From assembly GCA_001938485.1 (NCBI GenBank), contig MQRK01185281.1, positions 1,691 through 65,690 of the forward strand: a stretch of DNA of 64,000 nt, given 5' to 3'. The notes beneath the pieces are model-generated. The model did no database searches. It worked only from the letters and a program-made list of their open reading frames with translations, and was not told the origin of the DNA. Source of the stretch: Girardia tigrina. Taxonomy: Eukaryota. The translations under genes were made by a program, and so were the position numbers. This document shows, piece after piece, positions 39,917 to 51,151 of the stretch (position 1 is its first letter; every line of letters begins with the position of its first letter).

Positions 39917-41134
39917 CTAGGTTGATGCAAAGGTTCTTGGCCTTTTTTGAGCATATTCACTGAAACATTTTAGAAAATGTACAAAAGCCTAATCCTCGAA
40001 GTAATCTCCGCCTGCGTCTGTCATCTTTTGAAAGTTGTCTGGCTACTTTTGAATGCAATCCTTTCAAAACCTTTCTGTGTTAGATGAGATGAAGTTATTG
40101 ATGCCATTCCTGATATTATCTCCGTTATTAAAGCGCTGTTCGGCCAAAGTGTGCTGCAAAGATCTGAAAAAATGAAAATCTGATAGAGCAAGATTTGATA
40201 AATAGGCTGAATGAAGAATAATCTCACACCCAAGACTTAAAATTGTATTTATCATTGCTTCAGCAAAATAAAGGCGAGAATTGCCATGGAGGAGGAGGAT
40301 CATTCTAGCCCTATAATCAATTTGAGGCTACAATTCTTTGATTTAATCAATCAGTTTGAGCAATGTTTTACTGTAGCGCTGTGGCATAGCTGTTTTCCTA
40401 GTTTTGAGCAACTCTTAGTAAAGTACTTCTTTTGCTTTCCACAGTATGCAAAAAGGCATCTTCTCCCAATGAATATTCGGTTTAGGAATGAAGGTTATTG
40501 CTTGACCAGGATCTAGCCATGATCTTTTGCATTCTGAATTCTCGTGATGCACCCATTTCTCGTCCTCAGTAACATTTCGCCAAAGAAATGATATTCGCTG
40601 GTGACGAGCATAAAGTGAGATGCATAAATTCAATCTTTGAGCAATATTTGCTAGAGATACCTGGAGGGGCACCCATTTTTCATCCTTTACGATTTTACCT
40701 ATTACTGCAATCTCCTTAAAACAGTAGATTGGTTCACTCAAAGTTGTATACCCAGTCCACGAGTTGTCTGGGCAGTATCCTTCACCAATAGGGCTTACAA
40801 ATTGATTTCTTCAATTTATTTGGGTTTGTAACTCGCTTTCCTCGAGCACAAATTCTCCATTTCCAAATTTTCGCAACCAAAGTTTGACTGTCGATAAGGC
40901 CATAACACCCTCTCGTTACGCTTGCCATATCAAAGCCTTTGTTTCTGCAGCATTATTTTCCAGTATAAACATGAAAAGCATACATGCAACTTGTTGGCCT
41001 CCATTAATAAACGTATATACATAATAAGAAATACAAAAGGTGTTTTATTGAAAATAGAGGTCAAAATATAGAACATATATTTATGTAGATATCGACCTAA
41101 TATAAGGGGTCTAACAACTTTTGCATAAGCCTAA
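39917..41134 (-). mobile_element. Full-length decayed mariner (DD34D)
   Basis: TA-flanked TIRs (CTAGGTTGATGCAAAGGTT / AACTTTTGCATAAGCCTAA); KWVPLQV, VTEDEKWV, LLHGNSR, HSAYLSNLALSDFHFFRSLQ. Confidence 0.9.
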
Positions 41135-42828
41135 TAGTTTAAGAGGTCCCATAAAGATTCTTTTTATTCTTTTTCTTCATGAAATTTTTACGGAAAAACC
41201 ATTTCAAGATTCTTGCCGACTCCGGCCTCCTCGTGCGAGCAGTGCACGCAGTTCACCACAGGGGTATGTCCATCGCGGTATGAAACATCTTGATCAAGTG
41301 TTAATCCTCTTTTATCAACACGTTCGACTGCAATTAAATATTCGAACGCGACGAGATATGTTCACCTTGTGGTTTTTGTAGCCGATCCTCGCTGAAACTG
41401 GCAAGGTTCTAGGTATCATTTCTTTCGGGAAGTAAAGGAAGAGAATGGAACAGCGGATTGCAACGCTCCATTTTAGGAACAGTCAAACAAATGTTTGGAT
41501 TTAAACAGAATTTAGAAGTATTATTTTAATGATTAATACGTGTAAATTAGTAGAAGGACCAAAGGACAAACAGAATTATGTAAGAAATTGCTTGTTGGGA
41601 TGGTTTAAGACAGAAGATTACCCTTGCTTAAGGTCCTCTGGCTTCGTTCCTTAGAGTACCCTTTCAGGGGACATTATCTGTCCAAGTAAATAGGACAACA
41701 AGACTTCCTGAAACGAATAAATATTTCAGACGATTATTAAAGGCTTTTTTCAAGTAATTTCTTTGCACAATAAAACGAAAAATATTTCTATTTTTAAATT
41801 CGATCTGAAGGAAAAACAATAATTAAATTCGATTCTTTTTTCATCCCCCTTTTCCACACTGAAGCGAATTCTCCGTCGATTTACATGAAATAAATCTCCT
41901 CAGAAATACAAAAATTACAACAAAAATTAAAATAAAACGAAACAAAAATACTTCAAAGAGATCAAAAAGCAAAAAAACGTTCAATGAGAAAAGAACTATT
42001 TCGATATTTTTTATTTAATAAAAAAATTAATATAAATTATTTGAGAAAAATAGGAAAAATTAATAAATATTTGGGCATAAGATGTTCTTATACTTCGATC
42101 ATAGGACGCCTTCTAAAGGAAGTCATCTGGGGAGACGCGCCACACACGGGGGTTCCCTTCCATGAGGTGACCTAGCAAATGTGTCCTGTCGACACAAATT
42201 ATGCCTTAGAGACCCCTTAAAGGACACAATGAGGAAGCCAGATCGAAAAGTTCTTATGATCCTAATAATTTGTACAAAAGCAGGTAGTCAGAGGATCGCT
42301 GTGGGAAATACAAGCACAATACATATACTAAAAGGGTTACGTTATAAGTTTGAAAGTTTCATAATAAGAAAGGGAAAATAATAATAAACTTGGGATGAAA
42401 GCAGCGGATAGAATCTTTGTGCTGATCAGATCTTCCAAGGGTCACAAATGTGAATTCCTTTCTTCAAAGACCATAGCGCGAAAGTGTTACGATATACGGA
42501 AGAATAAATTCAGTAATTAAATACATTTACAGTTAAATATTTAGCTAAAAAGGTTAAATTGAAAGTGACAAAGAGATATTTAAAGGAGATTCGACAAATG
42601 CTTTTAAGACCGCAGAATGACAAGAGAGACAAGTATTTAAAAAACAAGCTTTGGTGTACATTGAGAACTCGACACAGCTATGAGCAACAGAACGCCATCG
42701 AGCATGACTCGTTTTTCAGACACCAAGCAGCCTAAGTACCAAGGAGGATCATACCAAACAAACAGTACAACCAAATTGCATTTCAATAATAAAAAAATCT
42801 AATTTGTATTATTTTCTTAATTACCAAA

Positions 42829-44198
42829 TGTAATATTAATTTTGATTGTATTTCTTGTTAATCAACACTTTAATGGTCGCTCACACGACATGTGTTTTGC
42901 CAGAGCAGACAGGGACGCAAGGTTCGAGATCCAGGATGCGTAATTAATGTTCTAGGAGATGATCTAGTTGGATATTCGTGCTGATGGCCGATAGCGTTGA
43001 CGGAGAGGTGTTGACGGCGCTCCTTCTCAGCCGGCTGGAACTTGGGCTACGGTTGCGCGCAGTGAAAGCGCCAAAGATTGACGACAGCGATCGCGGGGAT
43101 CATGTTCTGGGACAAGAGGCACATAAAAAAGATCGAGGACGTTCAGCTGCACGATTTTTGTCGGGCGCATATGATCAAGAGTCGGGTCGCTGCGAGGACA
43201 ATAACCGTTCGAGAAGCGAATCAAGGTACGCACGAGCGATCGAGAAGCTAATCGTGTGGAAGCGCGGGCGATCAAAAAGCGATTTGCAGGAATTTGAAAG
43301 GATAATCAAGGACGCCAATCCGATCAATTTCCGACGGGGAGTAGTGACAGCGAGGTGGCGAATCTGAGAGCGATATTGAAACCGGTGGCGACACCCAAGG
43401 GCATCGCACATGTGACGGCTATTTCAGTGAACGAAGACCGATCGATCGGCGATTTCATCCCGGAGGCGATCAAAAAGGTCGGGAATGAAAATCACGACCA
43501 AGAACGGCGAGATGCACCATGGCGAGATACGCTTGACAATGGAGGGAGTCAAGAGCTCATCTTTGAGCATATCAATCAAGTGAGTTCGCCGGATGAGATG
43601 GATCCGCTGCTGGAGAAGTGCGTGGACAAGTGAGTGGATCTAGTATGCAATATCAACGGGGAGCAACCTGCGATGAGTCTGGTGGTGATGGTGAGCGTGC
43701 TACTGGAGCAAGCAGAGAAACTGCTGCGAATGGGCGGTAGTATTAAAAATCGAGAGACTGGCGCAATTGATTTTTTTGGCTAGCACGAGGGCCGAGTTGG
43801 GAACAGACCAAACTCGGTGATTCGGGACGCGGTCTAAAGGTCGCAATTTGATTTTATCTTTACCAATGGACTTCAGTGATTGACGGGTTTAATGTGGAAG
43901 GCCAGAATCGGGCATCACTGGGAAATTTGCGGTCGTAGGACTGCAGTTGAATTTTGGCGATGTACCGCGATTGCTGGGTTGAATGTCGAGGGCCAGGACA
44001 GGGCAGAATCCGGTGTCTTGCGGTGCGGTCTAAATGCCGCAAATTTAATTGGCTTACCACCCTTGCTGATGTAATGAACATACTTTGATGGCAGGAGGCG
44101 TGTGAGATATTATTCTCATTTGTTTTAATTCACTGAACCCAGTGAGAGTTTTTGATTTAAATATAACTTTTGCATTGTCTGCCGCTTGTTTTATTACA
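42829..44198 (+). mobile_element. Degenerate LTR retrotransposon (Gypsy-like) gag-protease remnant plus short LTR-like segment
   Basis: GC-rich block with broken gag-like ORFs; IDFF.ASTRAEL (DTGA-like) and DVPRLLG; TGTAAT...ATTACA segment 44070-44198. Confidence 0.45.
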
Positions 44199-44619
44199 CT
44201 CCACAATTAGATATAATATTTGGTTCTGTTTTACCAGATATAAAGTTTGTGCTTTCAAAAGATTTTTAAGAAGCCAACCTAAAATCACAAATAATTAACA
44301 GACATTTAGAATTGACCGAAATGTATTCGAGTTTAAAAACACGAAATTAGCGGAATGAGAGTATTTTGAGCCACAAAGAATTTGATAAAAGTGAAATTTT
44401 ACGCAAAAGTTAATAACCGATTTTTCTGAGGATCAAAGTCGATAATTTGACAGAAAATATGTATATATCGCTTGCTGCAGAATTCACATCGTCTTCATAA
44501 TATCGCTTCCGTCAATAAAATAATAATCTAATGTTTGGGCGACATTAACTTTGTTGACCACCGAAACGTTCCTTGGACAGACATAACATTACTGAGGACA
44601 TTGGTTATTATTTTCATCA

Positions 44620-45090
44620 TGCGAGGAACATTTTGAATGTTTGAACTATGTTGATTTGGAATTGTGTCGGTCCACCCAGAAGGCTGATTGATACTTTATT
44701 TCGTGTTACCTGCAAATATGCAATGTCTAAATTTATTTCTAATTTAAAATAATTGTAAAATTTGAAATAAGTTAATTAATTTTATTAAAAAATTTTAAAT
44801 AAATAAATTGAATTAAAATTTTTAAAATTATTTTTATTCATTTTAATTTTTAACCAATAAAATTTGTAGTATATATTTTAAATAATTATTCAATCTCCAT
44901 TTGCTCTGATAATTAGATTAAAGTCATTAATTAATTAGAAGATGTAATTGTACGAAAGCTTTGACAAAGATTGTCCTGAAGATAATCAAACTTGTAATGT
45001 TAATTGGTGTTCCAATTAATTACCAAAAGTTAAAATTAAATTAGAGGAAAAGATACTTTCAATAAATTTGAAGTTGATGGTGTTAGCACA
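44620..45090 (+). repeat. TG-terminal dispersed repeat, copy D
   Basis: TGCGAGGAACATTTTG start, CCACCCAGAAGG box, TGTACGAAAG..GACAAAGATTGTC shared with copy A. Confidence 0.75.
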
Positions 45091-45839
45091 TTGATGTTAG
45101 GATCAAAGGATTCGATCATCAGTGCTCACACAGCGCCCTCTGCCAGTAATTATCGAATTGTGAACACAAAATCTTAAAATTACTTACGTCAACTTTACTA
45201 TTCAAACACTTCTTTCTGTGTTGAGCAATAATAATATTATTTGAGAATTATTTTATAAATAATAAAATATTTTTTAATTTTTCGTACTATTAATACCACA
45301 TTCCAAAGATAAACCAAACAATTAAGATTTTATCTCCAAATAATACAAAAATAAATTTATTCAACGTTGCCAATTTATTCTCCGATTTTATTACATTTTC
45401 TGTGCCAAAGAAAGTAGGAAAATTAATAATATAAATAAAGAAATAATATTCCAAATAAAGTCAAGCCCCAGTTGGAATATCTCTGATCTTTACCAACAAA
45501 ATACGAACAGTTATTTAAATAAATTTTAATTAAATTAATAATTATTTTAATATTTCTTGGAAATTTTTCTTTAATGAAATAATATAAAAATGAAAAAAAA
45601 ATTCATTTATCAAAATTTATCATTTTGGTGATCATTTTGTCATATAACATTAATCCATTCATTAATTAATTTTTTAAAAAATAATTAAAATAATAAAAAA
45701 ATAAAATATAAAATTCTATAATATTTTATTACATATTTTTCAGAATTTTTTTTAATAATTTTTTGAGATTTACAATTTATCACAATTTTCCCTTTAAAAA
45801 TAATGTAACCGATGGTCAAAATATTACAAAATATTAATT

Positions 45840-46793
45840 TGTTATATTACATCGTCAAGTATGAAATTTTTAGAACTAAAGTCCAAGTTTATTGATAATT
45901 TGCCAATACGAATATTTCTGTGATTCATCAAAGTATGCGCACATATTATCGACTCACTTTTGCCTTTTGAATAGCAATCTGGTGGGCGAGAATCATTAAA
46001 TTCCTTGAAGACCATTTATACGGCATCTTCAGAATGAATTTATTTCCTATGAAAAACTTGTTTGAATTGAGGAAGAAATGGTAGACATCGAGGCTATGTC
46101 TGGTGAGTGTGGAGGATGATGCCGGAGTTCAAGTTTCTGTAGATTTTTCACGGTCTTAAGAGTAGTAGTTGAATTTCCATGATGTAAGTCGACCTGCTTA
46201 CAAAATACGGCTATTTTTCTTTGATTTTCTGCATCATATCGTCCAATTAGTTGCAGTATACACCTGCTTTGATTGACGAACCAGGTTTCATGAAGTCATA
46301 AAAGATTATACCTGTGGCAGATAACAAAGCACTCATCATCAGCTTCTTTTTAATAAATGTTGAGTTTCAGAATGTGTTTTGGTGCTTCATTCTTGTCAAC
46401 CCAGCTGGCTAAAAGTTTGCGATTCTCATATTTGATCCACTTTTCATGACAAGTGACAATTCGATTGAAAACGATATCACATTTATAATGAGAAAGCACC
46501 ATCAAGCAAGCACTCAAACGGTTTTTTGCTTTTCATTCAACTCATGTGGAATCCACTTATCCAACTTTTTCATTTTATTAATTTGAGACAATAGTTCGAA
46601 TATCGGACTTTTCCTTTTTTAAAATAATGATTATCAAATAAGTTGTCAATAATTTTACTTTTTATAGATGTGCTCACTAGCCAAGATGTGTATTAAACAA
46701 AAACCTGAGTCACTAAATGTGAAGTCCTTGTCACATTATAACTATTTGAATTTATTGTGATCATGCCTACAAATTCAATAGTCGACAACCTAA
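45840..46793 (-). mobile_element. Decayed, internally deleted mariner (SETMAR-like)
   Basis: LDKWIPHELNE, RIVTCHEKWIKYEN, HPPHSPDIA; TIR-like GTCGACAACCTAAT ~46780-46793. Confidence 0.85.
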
Positions 46794-47474
46794 TCATTCG
46801 GATAAATATAATTAGGGGACAGCAACCCCCCTCGGTCTCTCCCTATTTCTATATCATAATCTACCGGAATCGATAAGAAAAATGAAGTTTTATTTATTTA
46901 TTATTAATTGTTTTATATTTTTTAAAAATCTCCTTCGTCGAGTGATTGAAAGGAAGACATTGCTGAACTCTGCGCAGAGTCCCAGAGAGAGATGCCCACA
47001 AACAATTGACAAACAATCAATCAGAGAATCTCTCCCTTCAATCCAAACAATTAAATCGTATTTCTCCCATCCCATTCTCCCAAACAATTTGTAATTGTAG
47101 TTTCTCGGCCCATTCAACGACAAATCTGAAAAAGAATAACAGATTAAGAAAGAAGAGAAAGTTCTAAATGAAACTGGTTTGTCGAGCAGCTACAGCCTCA
47201 TTCCTATTTCTTACTTCATCAATATTGATATGTTTCCCACCTGCAATGTGTCCTCGGGAGATCGGTTGATCGATGGATGATTCTGATAATGATGATGATA
47301 ACAATAATAGTAGTAATAATAATAATGGACTCGGTTGATTGAGATAGAGATGGAGTGTTGTTGGCGTTGCAGCGCGTGGGAGGATTCTTCTGCCGGTGGA
47401 GGCCAATCACATCTCTTCTGCCACTCTCTCGCTGACAAGCAATCTTTCTCACATTTTCCCTTAGTTTTGTTTTC

Positions 47475-49015
47475 ATGGCTTATCCTTTTGATTTCAATGC
47501 GAGCAGTAACAAGTCATTAGAGAAATATCAATGGCCTTTCCTGGGTTTATTTATCATACCTCTGTGCACAATCTGGGGTAATGCCCTCGTATGCGTCTCG
47601 GTGTTCATTGAAAAGAGATTGCAAAATAGATTCAATTTTTTTCTGGTGTCTCTAGCGATCAGTGATTTGCTTTGCGCCCTGCTCGTCATGCCGGTGTCCG
47701 CGTGGAATATGGTGAACAGTAAGTCCCTCGCTTTTCTATGCTCTTTCCAGGTCACATTGATCTCATTTCAGGTAATAACCTAAGTAATGTCCCTCGAGGA
47801 ATCTGCCTCGCCTGGTACAGTCTCGATGTGTTCTTTACGTCGACAACTATCATTCACTTATGCTCAATTTCATTAGACCGATATTTCGTGTTAAATAATC
47901 CTTTAAAGTATCACAACACTCGCGTTCGATCATCATTACCTCTTAAAATTAGCATCGCCTGGCTTATTCCATTCTGTATTGCTTGTCCTTTATTTATATT
48001 TGCTTTGAGACTAGATAATAGTGCTATGGGACCTATCCAAAAACAATCGCCCGAAGAGAAGTCCTTATGGAATCAAACGATGTTTCTCCAGTCGGACTCT
48101 TACAAAGGATGTGGGCCTCATAACGTCTATTTCATCATAATCGCGACCGTCACAACATTTGTGTTGCCTCTCATGATCATGATAGTTACGTATATTCTCA
48201 CTGTTTGTTCAATCATCCGCCAGACAAACCAAGCGCGCCAGAATCTCTATCCGGACCAATCTGTCCTAAAGTCCAAACCTCATACGCATATTAGGATCAC
48301 TGACGATAGTCAATCAATGAACGATACAACAAATAGTATAGAAAACGTCTCGTACTCCTTGATCACGGTTGATGACAACAAGTACTTGAGCCACTCCTCT
48401 CTCAGCATTAATTCGTTTGACTCTCCCTCGAAAAGAGATTCTTTTAAAATTCCTTCTCGTCACAATAAAGAATTCAAAATCCATTTGAATGTTCCTCCGG
48501 CGGTTGAAATTCGACGAAGCTTCGATTTCACCCCGAAAGGAAACTGTATCATTAAAAAACAATCGTCCTTGTCGGAAAAGAGTTTCAATAGCTTCAGAAG
48601 TACCTTGAAAATGAGTCCGTCCCATTACGTCAGTGAATTGTCCAACAAGAAAAGCTTTTCGAGCTCCTTTCGAATTCACAAACAATCAAGAAACAGCGCC
48701 AAGCGAACTTTGGCCGCTATGAATTCGGGAAAGAAAGCCGTTCAAGTTCTTGGAATACTTTTTGCTCTATTCCTTCTTTGTTATTTGCCTTTCTTCGTGA
48801 TTTACCTGCTGGACTTCTTCTGCACCCGGTGTCAAAGCATGACCGGACCTTTAGTTCCGAAAACCGAGTGGATAGGCTATTCAGCCTCAATGCTGAACCC
48901 GATCGTATATCACATCTTCAACCCGACATTCAGAAACACCTTCAACCGCCTCATGAGGGGTCAGTGCTACAAGGTTCGCAAGGCGATCTCCACAAACACA
49001 AAAGCGTATGTTTGA
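47475..49015 (+). CDS. 5-HT2-like serotonin/aminergic class A GPCR; exon 1 47475-47718, exon 2 47772-49015 (alternative in-frame acceptor at 47751), ~495 aa
   Basis: Seven TMs: GN..V in TM1, EKRLQN..NFFLVSLAISDL..LLVMP, TM3 LDVFF..IIHLCSISLDRY with Asp3.32, TM5 TFVLPLMIMIVTY, KKAVQVLGILF..PFF, TM7 WIGYSASMLNPIVY..FN; N-glycosylation sequons NAS and NKS; GTAAGT donor at 47719. Confidence 0.93.
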
Positions 49016-49075
49016 TTAGTTGACCGCAAAGAGAACAAAAACGGTTTTGTTTTAACAATCGTGATCTGTAAATTG

Positions 49076-49081
49076 AATAAA
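49076..49081 (+). terminator. Putative polyadenylation signal of the GPCR gene
   Basis: AATAAA ~60 nt after the stop codon. Confidence 0.55.
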
Positions 49082-50469
49082 TAATGTTTCATGTCAACTG
49101 CTGTATCAACTTACATAGCGTAATTACCGAGCGTCATTCCCGATCCAAATAAGGAGAGTGCTCAAGAATCCTTCCGTCCCTTTCGACGGTTTACTATTTC
49201 AGTTCCCTAAGACCTAATCAACCAAAAAAAGATAATTAACTAATTAATTAAGTAATATTTTCCCTATTTTCCTTTTGCATTTCTTTCTGTGTGACTCCTC
49301 CTCTTTTGGAAACAGAGAAACTTGAAAATAATTTGTTGCGGGTCGACCATCTCAACGAGGGAAAGATGATATCCAGCAATGGTCGAGTGGGGAATGTTCT
49401 AAAATTGTTTTTGTTATTTTCTTTCCCTTTTTGTGCTGAAATAGCAAGAGTAGGAGGACGGAGGAGTGAGGAGGAGAAGAAAGAAGGAGAAAGAAGGAGG
49501 ACATCTATACGTATAATTATCAGCTCCCAACGCGGTGTCCTCTAATATCTTTAATTACTCAGCTTCCTGAATGCGGGACCGTTTCCGAATGATCTGACTC
49601 TTTAATTGTCCCTTGATTCCCATGTCTCTTTCTCCATTCTTTCTCTCTTTCCCTTCTTGCTTCACTTGCGCGATTTGAGTTCGAGAATTAATCTGTTGTG
49701 CTAATTGATCCATCGGAACGGAAAGTTCTCACAACATTCTCTTTGCCAAATCAATCCACCATAAATTCTCACAAATAATTGTCTTTCTTGAAAACAGATT
49801 AATTAATTATTAATTAATTAACGTTATTTAAAAAAACAACCACAAAATCGTTAGAGAAGAGAAACAGAAAAATTATTTATAATTATTTAATTATTTCTTT
49901 CATTAATTTATATTAATCGTTTACAAAGATAATCTAAAATTTATTTTAATTAAATTAATTAATTGAATAAATAAGTTAATTAAAATTGTAAATAATTATA
50001 TAAATAAGATATCTGGTATTCGATAAATGTCTTTTAAAAGATTGTTCAATGAAATATGGGGAGATCGAATTGGGGAAGTATTTGCGATCCGAGGGACATA
50101 ACCTGGTTAGGGGGGCGGGAGAGGACGGAGGGGCGGACCGATCTGTGCACGAATCTGTGAATAAACAACCGTATTTCGCTTTCGCCTCTTTCATGAAGCG
50201 AAAATAAACATTTGCAAAAGCAGTTCTTCGTTGGGGCCATGTGGCCAGCACAGATTCGCAATGTATTTTTGACGAATATTTCCGTGGGAAAACGGGATCA
50301 CCCTAATTAGCTGTGGGGATGTAAACCGTCTGGAGGGGGTATATTTTTGTTTTGTGTTTTCAGTCTCATTATTCAACAATAAATGAAAGTAATAATTATT
50401 GATCAGCTTCAATCCGGATGAAAGTTTTATATTAAAAACAATTTCCATACTTTAAAAAATATATTTCAA

Positions 50470-50508
50470 GACAATATATTTCGACGGATCAACCGTCATC
50501 TTCAGGGC
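50470..50508 (-). ncRNA. Minimal hammerhead ribozyme motif
   Basis: CTGAAGA-T-GACGG TTGAT CCGTC-GAAA-TATA-TT; one stem I mismatch. Confidence 0.7.
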
Positions 50509-51112
50509 ACTGATAATCTATTTCCTTGTTTGCAAATGGCATGGAATCACGCTAAAACATCATTAGATATTAATAATATGCCTAAATATTGATTGATTGT
50601 ACCTTATTTTGAAGGATTTATAAACTTTAAAAATGCATTGCTAAAAGCAACTAACAATGAATTAAATGTAAAATTATATCACGATCTCATAAAATTCAAA
50701 ATATGTTCAGTAATAAATCTATTACACCTTTAACACTTTGTTCTGATATTGTTTATGAATATAAATGTAATGGGTGCGATGCCACATACATTGGAGAGAC
50801 TGCCCGTCATCTCTGTTAACGAATTCAAGAACATGGTCGAAAAGAGAGTAAGAGTAATATTGCAGAACATAGTAAAAAATGTAAATGTGATGTTAAAATT
50901 GGTAATTTCAAAATTCTGTGTAAGCATTTTGACAGTTATTGGGAGAGAGTGTCGTGTGAAGCATTGTTAATTAGGTCACGTTGCCCTAAAACCAATGTTC
51001 AATCGGCAGTCTCAACAACTTATTGAGAATTTTTGATTAGCATGATTTCATGCAATCGATTACATAATTATTATTTTACACTTATGCAAAGGTGAATTAA
51101 TTATTAATCAAT

Positions 51113-51151
51113 GACCTGAAGATGACGGTAGATCCGTCGAGATATGTTTTA
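51113..51151 (+). ncRNA. Degenerate hammerhead motif (GAAA changed to GAGA)
   Basis: GAC-CTGAAGA-T-GACGG TAGAT CCGTC-GAGA-TATG-TT. Confidence 0.6.

Larger units (their letters stand above)
50470..51151 (+). mobile_element. 5'-truncated Penelope-like retroelement with GIY-YIG endonuclease remnant and inverted pLTR
   Basis: IVYEYKCNGCDATYIGETARHLC*RIQEH...FKIL...EALLI...NVQ; inverted hammerhead-containing repeats at 50470-50508 (-) and 51113-51151 (+). Confidence 0.92.

Noticed and set aside
47164-47520. Short ORFs with poly-L, poly-Y or poly-I tracts
   Set aside because: Produced by an (ATR/RTA)n trinucleotide tract upstream of the GPCR
48314-48685. 123-aa antisense ORF
   Set aside because: Shadow of the GPCR ICL3 coding sequence
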